A DNA stretch of 32,000 nucleotides from Akkermansia muciniphila ATCC BAA-835 (GTDB taxonomy: Bacteria > Verrucomicrobiota > Verrucomicrobiia > Verrucomicrobiales > Akkermansiaceae): positions 1,140,001-1,172,000 of the forward strand of contig NC_010655.1 of assembly GCF_000020225.1 (NCBI RefSeq), read 5' to 3'. Below, one piece after another: positions 17,874-27,769 of this stretch. Both the position numbers and the translations under genes were made by a program. How positions within the stretch are numbered: the stretch's first letter is position 1; each line of letters starts with the position of its first letter. A model generated the notes under the pieces. The model ran no database searches. It saw only the letters and a program-made list of their open reading frames with translations, and was not told where the DNA came from.

Positions 17874-20171
17874 ATGATGAAAACACTAGCAACCATATTC
17901 GGGGCGCTCGCCCTGATGACGTGGGGCGCAGCTGCCCAGGAGGGTCCCGTACCTGCAACGGCGGCTGATGCGCAGCCCGCCTTGGCCGCTCCGGCCGCGA
18001 TTCCCGCTGTTGAAGTCCAGCCGGCAGCGGAAATTCAGCCGGCGGCTCCCGCCGCAGAGGCAGTACAGGCTGAACAGACCGCCTCTGCGGAGCCTAAAAC
18101 GGCCCCTCTTTCCATGGTGGAAGTCATTCTCTTCTGCGTGGTCGTGGTGGGCGTGATCGCCCTGGGCATCTGGAAGAGCCGTGACCCCGAAGAAACGGAA
18201 GAGGAAAAGAAGGCCAAGGGCGCTTCAGACTATTTCCTTGCCGGCCGCGGTTTGACCTGGTGGCTGGTGGGTTTCTCCCTGATTGCCGCCAACATTTCCA
18301 CGGAACAGTTTGTGGGGATGTCCGGCAAATCGGCCAACTGGGTGGGCATGGCCATTGCCGGGTATGAATGGCTGGCCGCTATCACGCTGGTGGTTGTAGC
18401 CTTCTGCTTCCTCCCCAAGCTGTTGAAAGGCGGCGTATATACGATTCCCGAATTCCTGGAATACCGGTATAACACGCTGGCCCGTTCCCTGATGGCCATT
18501 GCTACGCTGCTGATTCTGGTAGGCGTGCCGACTGCGGGCGTGATTTACGCCGGCGCCAAGGTGATTTCCGTGTTCTTCACGGGATACTCTGCCATGGGCA
18601 TTGACTTCGGCGACATCACCGTCGGCTGCGTTATCATTGCCTTCTGCGCCACGGTATACGTGTTCGTGGGCGGGTTGAAAGCCTGCGCCTGGACGGACCT
18701 GTTCTGGGGCGCCGCCCTGATTGTGGGCGGCGGCGTGGTGGCCTATTTTGCCCTGACGGAGCTCAGCGGCGCAGACCCGAACCATTTGATTCAATCCGCC
18801 GCCGCCAATTCCGGCGCGACGGTCGCCTCCCTGGGGAATCCTTCGGACAGCCTCTGGCATGGGGTGACGCGCTTTTTTGAGCTGAACTCCGGTGACGCGG
18901 CCAGCGGCGTAAATACCGTGGGCGGCAAGCTGCACATGATCCGTCCTGCGGATGATGCGGAAATCCCGTGGACGGCTCTTTGCCTGGGCCTGTGGATTCC
19001 CAACTTCTTTTACTGGGGCCTCAACCAGTACATCATGCAGCGTACGCTGGCTTCCAAATCCCTGGCGGAAGGTCAGATGGGCATTGTGTTCGCCGCATTC
19101 CTCAAGCTCATCATCCCATTCGTGGTGGTGGTCCCCGGCATCCTGGCCTATAACCTGTACCGCAATGACCTGAAGGAACAGGCGGAAGTAAAATACGCGG
19201 CGGAAATCCGTAAGACGGAAGATCCCGCCGCAGTCAAGGGCCGCCCCGTCATCTACAAGCTTACGGACAGCTTCCTGGTGGAAAACGTGGAGGAAGGCTG
19301 TGCCCATGCCATTCATAACGCGGAAGTAATGAAGGTGGGCGAAGATGTTATGGCCAATTTGAAACAGGCCTGCGCCGATTTGAAGGCGGATGCCGCCAAC
19401 GACCAGACTACGCTGGCGGAACGCGCCCCGTTCGTGGAAAAAATCGCTTCCCTTAACAACAAAATCATCAAGCCGGCCGTGGACAACTCGGATAACTACT
19501 ATCTGACGGATACGCTGGTAGGCTTTGACTATGACTCCGCCTTCGGCACGTTGATCAGGAAGTTGCTTCCCGGCACGGGCTGGACATGGTTTGTGCTTGC
19601 GGCCCTCTTTGGAGCGGTGGTGTCTTCCCTGGCATCCATGTTGAATTCCGCGTCCACCATCTTTACGATGGATATTTACAACAAGCTGCGCAAAAATGCG
19701 GGGCCCACGGAGCTGGTTACCGTCGGCAAGATTGGTTTGCTGGTGTGCGCCGTGATCGCCCTGACCATTGCTCCGTTCCTGGACAGCCCGGCCTTTGGCG
19801 GCATCTTCAACTTCATTCAGGAATTCCAGGGCTTCCTGAGCCCGGGCGCCCTGTGCGTGTTCCTCTTCGGCTTCTTTGTGCCCAAGTGCCCGCGCATCTT
19901 CGGTTGGCTGGGTATCGTCATTAATGCCCTCCTGTACGGAATCCTGAAGGTATGGCAGCCGGAAATGGCCTTCCTGAACCGCATGGCCGTGTGTTTCATC
20001 ACGGTAGTGGTCATCGGCTTCATCTTCACGGCGGTGAACGCCGCCCGCGGCGGACAGCCTATCGTGCTGCCCGACAGGGGCGTGGTTGCCCTTCAGTCCT
20101 CTTCACGGGCTAAAATCTTCGGATGGCTCGTGGTTGCCGCGACGGTTGCCCTGTACATCATCTTCTGGTAA
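17874..20171 (+). CDS. sodium:solute symporter family protein (SGLT-like sugar transporter)
   Basis: GRGLTWWLVGFSLIAANISTEQFVGMSG is typical of SSS/SGLT transporters. Many TM segments. Lies 10 nt downstream of galK. Confidence 0.88.
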   Translation: MMKTLATIFGALALMTWGAAAQEGPVPATAADAQPALAAPAAIPAVEVQPAAEIQPAAPAAEAVQAEQTASAEPKTAPLSMVEVILFCVVVVGVIALGIWKSRDPEETEEEKKAKGASDYFLAGRGLTWWLVGFSLIAANISTEQFVGMSGKSANWVGMAIAGYEWLAAITLVVVAFCFLPKLLKGGVYTIPEFLEYRYNTLARSLMAIATLLILVGVPTAGVIYAGAKVISVFFTGYSAMGIDFGDITVGCVIIAFCATVYVFVGGLKACAWTDLFWGAALIVGGGVVAYFALTELSGADPNHLIQSAAANSGATVASLGNPSDSLWHGVTRFFELNSGDAASGVNTVGGKLHMIRPADDAEIPWTALCLGLWIPNFFYWGLNQYIMQRTLASKSLAEGQMGIVFAAFLKLIIPFVVVVPGILAYNLYRNDLKEQAEVKYAAEIRKTEDPAAVKGRPVIYKLTDSFLVENVEEGCAHAIHNAEVMKVGEDVMANLKQACADLKADAANDQTTLAERAPFVEKIASLNNKIIKPAVDNSDNYYLTDTLVGFDYDSAFGTLIRKLLPGTGWTWFVLAALFGAVVSSLASMLNSASTIFTMDIYNKLRKNAGPTELVTVGKIGLLVCAVIALTIAPFLDSPAFGGIFNFIQEFQGFLSPGALCVFLFGFFVPKCPRIFGWLGIVINALLYGILKVWQPEMAFLNRMAVCFITVVVIGFIFTAVNAARGGQPIVLPDRGVVALQSSSRAKIFGWLVVAATVALYIIFW

Positions 20172-20202
20172 TTCAGGGAAGACCTCCAGTCCCGTATTTT
20201 CA

Positions 20203-20232
20203 ATCCTCCCGGTTCAGGCCGGGAGGATTTTT
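20203..20232 (+). terminator. rho-independent terminator after the symporter gene
   Basis: ATCCTCCCGG-ttcagg-CCGGGAGGAT followed by a T run. Confidence 0.75.
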
Positions 20233-20351
20233 CACGTCCGGAACAGACCATGCAGCTGGCGCGGCTGAATATTTTGGAGGCGGAAAGCCGGCAGACTGGC
20301 GTTTCCGGACGGAAACGGCGCCTTGTTCTCTGATAAAATAAGGCCATGGTT

Positions 20352-20385
20352 GAAAAGAGGCCGGCAAAACGCCATACCGCCTCTT
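20352..20385 (-). terminator. possible terminator of pcrA
   Basis: On the minus strand, AGAGGC...GCCTCT hairpin with a long loop, followed by CTTTTC. It starts at the pcrA stop codon. Confidence 0.4.
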
Positions 20386-22390
20386 ATTCCTCTTCCAGAA
20401 GCATGCTGCGCAGGGAATCGAAAAAGTTTCCGGATTCCTCTTCCGTCGCTTCCGCGTTCATGAGATCCTCCCATTTGTAATATTCCATTAGGTGGGGAGG
20501 AATTTCACTAAGGAAGGAGGAGCGCTGGCAAGGCATGCGGTCCCCGTAGCGCAGGCGCGTGGCGCAATAAGTAAGCATGAGTTTCTCCTGGGCGCGCGTG
20601 ATGCCTACGTAAAGCAGGCGGCGTTCTTCGTCGCAATTGCCGTCTTCCAGGGAACGCTTGTGGGGAAGAATGCCTTCCTCCAGCCCCACGAGGTACACTA
20701 CCGGAAATTCCAGTCCCTTGGCGGCGTGCATGGTAATCAGGCATACGCCTGGCTTGTTTTCCACGTCGTCATCATTATCCTCCTTGTCCAGGGTGACTTG
20801 GGCCAGGTAGTCCCGGAGGGTTTTTCCGGGTTGCCAGAAGTTGCGGAGGGAGGCTTTCACGTCCCCGATGGACACCAGCCGTTTCTGGATTTCAGCTTCC
20901 GTTTTGCACAGGCGCGTGACGTATTCGCTGAATCCGGTTTCCTCAATAAGCTGCTCCAGGATGTCTCCGAAGTCGGTTTCCTTATCCTGGAAAAGGTCAA
21001 TGTATTTTGCAATCAGTTCATTGAATGCCTGCACGCTGTTGCGGGCGCGGGTGGAAAGGGCCGCCAGGAATTCTTCGTCCTGGAGGGCTGCCCAGACGCT
21101 GTTGCCGTGCTCCCGGCTCCAGTCGATGACCAGATGGCTGGTCAGCTCGCTGATGCCGCGCGGCGGCGTGTTGAGGATGCGCAGCAGGTATTCGTCAGCC
21201 TGCGGGTTTTCGATAGTCGCCAGATAGGAAATGAGGTCTTTCACCTCCTTGCGGTCGAAAAAACTTTGCGCGCCCACCATGCGGTAGGGAATTTTGTGTT
21301 CCCGGAGCGTTTGTTCAATGATGCGGCTCTGGGTATTGGCCCGGAACAGAATGGCGAAATCCTCCCAGGGCCGGCCTTCCTGCCTGCGGACGTTTTCAAT
21401 GTCCGTAATGATGAATTCCGCCTCTTCCGCGTCTCCGGGCATGGAAATGAGCCGGACGGCTTCTCCTCCGCCTTTGTGGGCGCGCAGCGTCTTGTCCCTC
21501 CGGCCCAGATTGTGGCGGATCAGGGCATTGGCCGTGTCCAGAATGGGGGCGGTGCAGCGGTAATTTTCTTCCAGTTTGATGACGGAGGGATTTGGGAAAA
21601 AACGTTCGAATTCCAGGATATTGCTGATCTGGGCGCCTCGCCAGCCGTAGATGGACTGGTCGTCGTCTCCCACTACGCAGACATTGTGTTCCGGACCTAC
21701 CAGATGGCCCAGCAGGCTCATTTGGAGGCTGTTGGTATCCTGGAATTCATCTACGGTGATATAGCGGAAGCGCTGTTGCCACGCCTCCCTGACGTCCCGG
21801 TGCTCCTTCAGCAATTTGTCCGCCAGAATCAGCAGGTCGTCAAAGTCCACGGAATTCTGCGCCTGAAGTTCCCGCTGGTAGGAGGCGGCGATGTTGGCTG
21901 TCAGGTTGTCTTCAATGGAGTCAAGGCCCAGACCGCTGTTTTTCATCCGGCTCATGGAAGAAAGCACATCTTTGGGCGTGATTTTCTCCGTAATGCCGCC
22001 GTGGCGCACAATCAGTCGCCGGATCAGGCCGCTTTGCTCGGAACCGCTGTAAATGGTGAAATTGGTTTTGTACCCCAGGCGTCCTATATCCTCTCTCAGG
22101 ATACGAACGCAAAGGGAATGGAAAGTGCTCACCATTATTTGGCGCGCCGCCTTGCGTTCCACCATCTGGCCTACGCGTTCCCGCATTTCCAGAGCGGCCT
22201 TGTTGGTGAACGTCACGGCCAGGATGCTTTTGGGGCTGATGCCACGGTCCACCATATGGGCGATGCGGCAGGTGACGGTGCGCGTTTTACCCGTTCCGGC
22301 CCCGGCCAGGATCAGCACGGGCCCCTGCAGGGTCTGCACGGCCTTCCTCTGGGCCGCGTTCAGGCTCTCCATGGAAAAGGACTTGGCCAT
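20384..22390 (-). CDS. pcrA: ATP-dependent DNA helicase, UvrD/PcrA/Rep family
   Basis: Helicase motifs AGAGTGKTRT, TFHSLC, VDEFQDTN, LEENYRC, TMHAAKGLEFPVVYL, LLYVGITRA. Confidence 0.95.
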   Translation of the reverse strand: MAKSFSMESLNAAQRKAVQTLQGPVLILAGAGTGKTRTVTCRIAHMVDRGISPKSILAVTFTNKAALEMRERVGQMVERKAARQIMVSTFHSLCVRILREDIGRLGYKTNFTIYSGSEQSGLIRRLIVRHGGITEKITPKDVLSSMSRMKNSGLGLDSIEDNLTANIAASYQRELQAQNSVDFDDLLILADKLLKEHRDVREAWQQRFRYITVDEFQDTNSLQMSLLGHLVGPEHNVCVVGDDDQSIYGWRGAQISNILEFERFFPNPSVIKLEENYRCTAPILDTANALIRHNLGRRDKTLRAHKGGGEAVRLISMPGDAEEAEFIITDIENVRRQEGRPWEDFAILFRANTQSRIIEQTLREHKIPYRMVGAQSFFDRKEVKDLISYLATIENPQADEYLLRILNTPPRGISELTSHLVIDWSREHGNSVWAALQDEEFLAALSTRARNSVQAFNELIAKYIDLFQDKETDFGDILEQLIEETGFSEYVTRLCKTEAEIQKRLVSIGDVKASLRNFWQPGKTLRDYLAQVTLDKEDNDDDVENKPGVCLITMHAAKGLEFPVVYLVGLEEGILPHKRSLEDGNCDEERRLLYVGITRAQEKLMLTYCATRLRYGDRMPCQRSSFLSEIPPHLMEYYKWEDLMNAEATEEESGNFFDSLRSMLLEEE

Positions 22391-23335
22391 TTATACGTCA
22401 AAATGGATATCTTTCAAATTCGGGTGGCCGGCAATGAGCTGGGAGATATTCATGCGCGTGCTGCCTTCAAGCTGGACGTCTGTCACCAGCAATCCTCCGC
22501 TTCCGCAGGCGATCAAAAGCCCCTGTTCCCCGGCGGAGAGCACCTGGCCCGGTTTCCCCTCCGCTTCCGGGAGGATGGAAAAGCCGGGGAAAATTTTCAT
22601 GTTGCGGATGCGTTTTTTGCGGTTCCAGTAGTTGGTGAAGGTACCGGGCCACGGGTCGTACGCCCGGATCATGCGGCCGATTTCTTCTGCGGGGCGCGTC
22701 CAGTCGATTTTTCCGTCCGCCCGCAGGAGCTTGGGGGCGTATGTTGCCAGGATTTCCTGCTGGCGGATGCGCGTGGCCGTCCCTTTTTCAATGGAATGGA
22801 TGACGGGCAGCAGGACATCCGGTGTCATCCTGGCCAGCTTGTCATGCAGGGTGCCTCCGGTTTCCGAGCCTTCCAGGGGGGTGCTGATCTGGGCGATGAT
22901 GTCTCCGGCATCCAGCTTCCTGACAATGTGCATGATGGTGATGCCCGTTTCTGCATCGCCGGATTTGATGGCGGACTGGATGCAGGCCGCTCCGCGGTGG
23001 CGCGGCAGGAGGGAGGCATGGGCGTTGATGCAGCCCATGGGCGCCATATCAATCACTTCCTGGCTCAGGATCTGCCCGTACGCCATGACGACGATCAGAT
23101 CCGGATTCAGTCTCCTGAGGTTGCTCAGCGCATCCGGGCTGCGCAGGGAATGCGGCTGGAGCACGGGAATGCCCGCTTCCCTGGCAATATTTTTGATGGC
23201 CGGGGCTGTAAGCACCTGATGCCTGCCGACAGGGCGGTCGGGCTGCGTGACCAGGCCTGCCAGGTCCGAGTGACGGATCAGGCTGCGGAAGGCGGGAATG
23301 GCAATGTCGCCTGTGCCCATGAAGACGATGCGCAT
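22391..23335 (-). CDS. fmt: methionyl-tRNA formyltransferase
   Basis: MRIVFMGTGDIAIPAF N-terminus and INAHASLLPRHRGAACIQ motif. Trimmed to the ATG at 23335. Its stop codon abuts the pcrA start with no gap. Confidence 0.93.
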   Translation of the reverse strand: MRIVFMGTGDIAIPAFRSLIRHSDLAGLVTQPDRPVGRHQVLTAPAIKNIAREAGIPVLQPHSLRSPDALSNLRRLNPDLIVVMAYGQILSQEVIDMAPMGCINAHASLLPRHRGAACIQSAIKSGDAETGITIMHIVRKLDAGDIIAQISTPLEGSETGGTLHDKLARMTPDVLLPVIHSIEKGTATRIRQQEILATYAPKLLRADGKIDWTRPAEEIGRMIRAYDPWPGTFTNYWNRKKRIRNMKIFPGFSILPEAEGKPGQVLSAGEQGLLIACGSGGLLVTDVQLEGSTRMNISQLIAGHPNLKDIHFDV

Positions 23336-23545
23336 GGCTGGAAGCTTGCCCTGACGGCCTGCGCAGGTCAATGTTAAATCCGGTTTTGAGAAGGGAATAA
23401 TAGGGAAGAAAGGCCGTTTTTTCCCGTTCCTTTCCGTTCGGAGGGAATACCGGAGGATAATGTTTTTTCCGGCCGCTTCCCCTCATGTCCTCCCTCCTGC
23501 AAGAAGTTCTTTTCGACGGAGCGGAATATTGGTATACCCTGTTCT

Positions 23546-24673
23546 ATGCAGAAAGGACGGCTGCCGCGCATTCTGATTGTGACCGCAGGATACGGGGAAG
23601 GGCACAATTCCGCAGCCAGGGGCGTGAGGGATGCTCTCGCAGGGCGCGCGGAAGTCCGCGTTACGGACCTGTGCGCGGAGGCGATGCCCCGGATGTTCCG
23701 CCTGACGCGCGCCGCCTACCTGTGGACGATCTCCCGCATGCCCCGTCTCTGGAAATGGATGTACGAGGTGAGCGACAGGCGCAATATGGCGGAGAAGCCC
23801 GTCAGGGGAATTGCCCCCGTGGAGCGCCTGCTGGAACGTTTGCTGCGGGAATGGAAGCCGGATGCCGTGGTCTGCACCTACATGGTATATCCCTACATGC
23901 TGGATTCCCTGGCCTCCCGCACGGGCAGGGCGGTTCCTTACCTGACCGTCGTGACGGATTCCTTCGTCATCAATAAATCATGGCTGTGTTCCAAGTCCCC
24001 CCTCTGGGCCGTAACGGACCCCTGGACGAGGGCAATTATGGAGGAAAAGGGGCTGCCGCAGGACAGGCTGCGCGTTACGGGATTTCCCGTCAATCCCGTG
24101 CTGGGAGCGCTGGCGGAGGAACATCCCCTTTCCTGGAAAGAAGGGGAGCCGTTCCGGGTGCTTTACTTTGCCCAGCGTTCCGCACGGCATGCGCGGGCGG
24201 AGCTGGCGGGTATGCTGGATGCGAATCCCGCCCTGCATGTAACCTGTATTCTGGGGCGCCGGTTCCGGCGCATTTATCCCCGCATCCGGGATTTGCGCGC
24301 CAGATACGGACGCAGGCTGACGGTGCGCGGCTGGACGCGCCGCGTGCCTTCTTATCTTGCCGCCAGTCACGTAGTGGTCGGGAAAGCGGGAGGAGCCACC
24401 GTACACGAGGTGCTTGCGGCCGCACGTCCCATGCTGGTGAACTTTCTTCTTCCGGGCCAGGAGGAGGGCAATACCCGCCTCCTGGAAAAACTGGGAGGCG
24501 GCAGCCATGTGCCGGACGCCCGTGCCCTGGCTTCCGCTCTTCAGGAAATGATGGCGGACGGTGGCGCACAGTGGAGGCGCATGCATGAAAACCTGCTGCG
24601 GGCCGGGATGACCGGAGGAAGCGGCAGAATAGCGGATTTGGCCTTGAAACTGGCGGAGGAACATACTAACTGA
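23546..24673 (+). CDS. glycosyltransferase, MGDG-synthase/UgtP-like (GT28 family)
   Basis: N-terminus ILIVTAGYGEGHNSAA resembles the diacylglycerol glycosyltransferase family. C-terminal GT-B half contains VVGKAGGATVHE. Confidence 0.75.
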   Translation: MQKGRLPRILIVTAGYGEGHNSAARGVRDALAGRAEVRVTDLCAEAMPRMFRLTRAAYLWTISRMPRLWKWMYEVSDRRNMAEKPVRGIAPVERLLERLLREWKPDAVVCTYMVYPYMLDSLASRTGRAVPYLTVVTDSFVINKSWLCSKSPLWAVTDPWTRAIMEEKGLPQDRLRVTGFPVNPVLGALAEEHPLSWKEGEPFRVLYFAQRSARHARAELAGMLDANPALHVTCILGRRFRRIYPRIRDLRARYGRRLTVRGWTRRVPSYLAASHVVVGKAGGATVHEVLAAARPMLVNFLLPGQEEGNTRLLEKLGGGSHVPDARALASALQEMMADGGAQWRRMHENLLRAGMTGGSGRIADLALKLAEEHTN

Positions 24674-24678
24674 TTCCC

Positions 24679-25407
24679 GTGACCTATCTTCTGATTGACA
24701 ATTCCAACACACGCACCAAATTCGTGCTCTCTTCGCCGGAAGCCCTGTTGCCGGAACGGTATATGGTTCCCACCCGGGAGGTGAGCGGGGAACGGCTGGA
24801 CGAGGTGCTGGCCGGCGTTCGTTATGATGCCGCCGTGGTGTGTTCCGTCGTGCCGCGCGTGGCGGAAGAACTGAAAAACTGGATCGTCAAACCGTGCCAT
24901 TTCCTTTCCTGCGATTCCCGGCTGGGCGTGGGCATCGACTATCCCCACCCGCGCCAGATAGGGGCCGACAGGCTGGCGAATGCCGTAGGAGCCGCGGCCT
25001 ATTACGGGTATCCTTGCGTTGTGGTGGACTTTGGCACCGCCGTGACTTTTGACGTGATCGGGCCCCAATGCACCTACATGGGCGGCGTTATTGCGCCGGG
25101 GCTTGCCAGCATGGGGGATTACCTGGAGCGCAATACGGCGCTTCTTCCCGCCATTGACCCCCAGGAGCCGTCCCGTGTCATTGGAACTAGCACAGTAGAG
25201 GCCATGCAATCCGGCGCCGTGTACGGTTATCGGGGGCTGGTGAAGGAAATTCTGGCCCGGCTGGAAGGTGAGCTGGGCGTGCGTCCGGCCGTGGTTGCTA
25301 CGGGAGGGGATGCAGCTCTGATCGCCAGGGGAGTGGAGCGCATTGACCATGTGGACCCTGACATTACGTTGAACGGCTTGCGCATAGCCGCCGGACTGAA
25401 TCTTTAA
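24679..25407 (+). CDS. coaX: type III pantothenate kinase
   Basis: LLIDNSNTRTKF, VVVDFGTAVTFD and ATGG motifs. GTG start. Confidence 0.9.
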   Translation: MTYLLIDNSNTRTKFVLSSPEALLPERYMVPTREVSGERLDEVLAGVRYDAAVVCSVVPRVAEELKNWIVKPCHFLSCDSRLGVGIDYPHPRQIGADRLANAVGAAAYYGYPCVVVDFGTAVTFDVIGPQCTYMGGVIAPGLASMGDYLERNTALLPAIDPQEPSRVIGTSTVEAMQSGAVYGYRGLVKEILARLEGELGVRPAVVATGGDAALIARGVERIDHVDPDITLNGLRIAAGLNL

Positions 25408-25485
25408 AGAACGGCCAAAATCGGCTGGAAACCTGCTGCTTCCGGCTCCGTGGCCGGATGACGCATAAAAACTCATAAATAGGTG

Positions 25486-25514
25486 TTGCAAATGGCGCAT
25501 ACCCCATGTAGTAT
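25486..25514 (+). promoter_or_regulatory. candidate sigma-70-type promoter for acpP
   Basis: TTGCAA, a 17-nt spacer, then TAGTAT, about 25 nt upstream of the acpP ATG. Promoter rules for this lineage are uncertain. Confidence 0.4.
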
Positions 25515-25538
25515 CAATGAACCTTAACAATAAATATC

Positions 25539-25781
25539 ATGTCTGACAACAGCATCGAAGAAAAAGTAAGAAGTATCATCGTCGACCAACTTGGCGTTGA
25601 ATCCGATAAAGTGACTGCTGATGCGAAATTCATCGAGGATCTCGGTGCTGATTCGCTGGATACCGTTGAACTCGTGATGGCTTTCGAAGAAAACTTTGAC
25701 ATCGAAGTGCCCGACGAAGAAGCCGAAAAGCTTCAGTCTGTTGCCGACGTCGTTGCTTACATCGAAAAGGTTCAGGGTTAA
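25539..25781 (+). CDS. acpP: acyl carrier protein
   Basis: 80 aa with the phosphopantetheine attachment motif [18 protein letters not shown]. Confidence 0.96.
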   Translation: MSDNSIEEKVRSIIVDQLGVESDKVTADAKFIEDLGADSLDTVELVMAFEENFDIEVPDEEAEKLQSVADVVAYIEKVQG

Positions 25782-25810
25782 GTTAAACTGCTAAAAATCC
25801 TTTATTACAA

Positions 25811-25848
25811 AAGCGGCTTCCCTGTCCAAGGCAAGGAAGCCGCTTTTT
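25811..25848 (+). terminator. rho-independent terminator after acpP
   Basis: AAGCGGCTTCC-13-nt loop-GGAAGCCGCTT followed by TTTTT. Confidence 0.8.
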
Positions 25849-25849
25849 C

Positions 25850-26419
25850 ATGGAAAGCCTTTCCGCCTTTTCTTCCATGAGCGACCTGCCTTCCTTTTCC
25901 CGTGACGATATCCGCTATGCGGCGGAGATGACACGGGTGGTGTATGAACCGGACCGCCGCATTGATACTTTTGGCGATACCAGGTTTAATTTTCTTCTCC
26001 TCAGCGAACTGATGGATGAGGTGAACGTGGTGCGCGTGCGCAGCGGCTGGGTGGAAGCGGAGAAACCGAAAATCATACGGCCTTCCATTTACAATGAAAT
26101 CAGTACGGAGGGGTTTTCCGGAGAAGCCAAGCGCTTTTTTGACTGGCTCTCCAAAAACGGGCCAGGCTTTTTGACGTTGCTGGAATACGGGTTCAGGTTC
26201 AAACGGTCGGAGGTGAGCGAGGAAATTCTGCATGAACCGCTTGATTCCGTGCGCGGCCGGCTGCTGGACCAGGTGCGCAATGGAGAAGATACATTTATGG
26301 CTCTCATTGAGGGAGTGGATGACGCATGGGAGGTCTCCCTCTTGAAATTCACGGTGGAAATGATACAAAAATCCCATGAAATCAATATCTTTGACTTCAA
26401 GCGCAAAGGTCTTCTTTAG
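25850..26419 (+). CDS. hypothetical protein
   Basis: 189-aa ORF with coding-like composition and no recognisable motif. The first ATG sits at the end of the acpP terminator, so the start may instead be the Met at 25877. Confidence 0.55.
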   Translation: MESLSAFSSMSDLPSFSRDDIRYAAEMTRVVYEPDRRIDTFGDTRFNFLLLSELMDEVNVVRVRSGWVEAEKPKIIRPSIYNEISTEGFSGEAKRFFDWLSKNGPGFLTLLEYGFRFKRSEVSEEILHEPLDSVRGRLLDQVRNGEDTFMALIEGVDDAWEVSLLKFTVEMIQKSHEINIFDFKRKGLL

Positions 26420-27152
26420 CCTTTTGGCGGCGGCTTTCTGTGTCCAGGGAGTTTTGGCGGACGGAGAAAATTATTCCCTCTGGCCGCGCCGTCCGGAGGC
26501 CCTTGCTGAAGCCCGCCGCCTGATGGACTGCGGCAGTCTGCCAAAAGCTCTGGAACTGCTGCAGCCTCTGGCGGAACAGGGAGGCGTGGTGGGGAAAGAG
26601 GCGAAGGAACTCATCGGAAGGCTGCGCATCCGCCAGTTGCTGGATCCCAACGGACCGGACGTGAAAAAATATACCGTACGGAAGGGAGATTCCTGGATAC
26701 GCATGGTCAGAAAACTGGGTTGCTCTCAGGCCATGGTGGTTCACCTGAACGGTTTGATGGATATTCCCGCTCTTCATGCGGGAGATGTATTCAAGTACCG
26801 GCCTCTGGATTTCCATGTAGTGGTGAACGTGCCGGAAAAGGAAATCTGCCTTTACGACGGGACGGATTTTGTCAAGGGATACCCCATCCTCTCCATGAAG
26901 GACGGGGGGAAAAAGAATGTGGAAACGACCGTAAAGGATGAGCAGGCCCCCGTGTCCATCTACAGCAGGCAGTTTCCTTCTGCGGATAAGACGCTGGTGC
27001 TGGCGGCGGGAGGCTATGTCATTGACGCTGCCCGCGGTACGCCCCGCTCGCCTGGGTTTTATCTGAGCCGGCAGGACTGCAATGAACTGGCCATGCTGAC
27101 CAGGCCGGGAACGAAGGTGACTATCCTGAGGGGGAAAGGAGAGGAACCGTGA
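26376..27152 (+). CDS. exported LysM domain protein with a YkuD-like domain lacking the catalytic His/Cys
   Basis: Signal peptide ([16 protein letters not shown]) and LysM motif ([17 protein letters not shown]...LNGL...LHAGDVFKY). The C-terminus aligns to the YkuD pattern but reads GFYLSRQD where SxGC(I/V)R is expected. Confidence 0.7.
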   Translation: MKSISLTSSAKVFFSLLAAAFCVQGVLADGENYSLWPRRPEALAEARRLMDCGSLPKALELLQPLAEQGGVVGKEAKELIGRLRIRQLLDPNGPDVKKYTVRKGDSWIRMVRKLGCSQAMVVHLNGLMDIPALHAGDVFKYRPLDFHVVVNVPEKEICLYDGTDFVKGYPILSMKDGGKKNVETTVKDEQAPVSIYSRQFPSADKTLVLAAGGYVIDAARGTPRSPGFYLSRQDCNELAMLTRPGTKVTILRGKGEEP

Positions 27153-27601
27153 GGCTGGTTATTCAGCGTGTCAGTAAGGCCGCCGTTCATATCGGCGGTG
27201 TTTGTGCGGGGGCCGTGGGGCCCGGTCTGCTGATTCTGGCGGGCATTGAAGAGGCGGATACGGAAGAAGATGTGCGCTGGCTCGCCAACAAGGCGGCGGC
27301 CATGCGCATTTTTTCCGACGCGGACGGAAAGATGAATCTTTCCGTAAGGGAAGTGAGTGGAAGCGTGTTGGTGGTGAGCCAGTTTACGCTGCATGCCTCC
27401 ACCCGGAAAGGGAACAGGCCCTCTTTCATCCGCGCCGCGAGGCCTGAGCGGGCCATTCCCCTGTATGAGCTGTTTAAGAAGGAATTGGCGTCTTTGCTGG
27501 AAGGCAGGGTGGAAAGCGGCGAATTCGGCGCGGATATGCAGGTTTCCCTGATTAACGACGGCCCGGTGACTATTTTCATGGATTCCAGGAAAAGGGAATG
27601 A
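27149..27601 (+). CDS. dtd: D-aminoacyl-tRNA deacylase
   Basis: MRLVIQRV, VVSQFTL and NDGPVTI motifs. GTG start overlaps the upstream stop codon (GTGA). Confidence 0.9.
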   Translation: MRLVIQRVSKAAVHIGGVCAGAVGPGLLILAGIEEADTEEDVRWLANKAAAMRIFSDADGKMNLSVREVSGSVLVVSQFTLHASTRKGNRPSFIRAARPERAIPLYELFKKELASLLEGRVESGEFGADMQVSLINDGPVTIFMDSRKRE

Positions 27602-27769
27602 GAGAAAGGATCTTATATATTTAACTTTGCCCCGGTTTCCTGCTTTCTCTCTATCTCCATATAAACATAGAAAAATATTGCCGATAGATCTGTTGCTCCT
27701 CCTGAAAATCTGTCCTTGAGAAAGGAGGAATATTACGTCTGCACAGATCCGAACCTGGCCCTGAAATAG

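Noticed and set aside
22388-23371. Zero-nt fmt-pcrA junction, with no def upstream of fmt and no rimP upstream of nusA
   Set aside because: Gene-order differences of this kind are common between phyla. Nothing in the sequence suggests a rearrangement scar or a mobile element.
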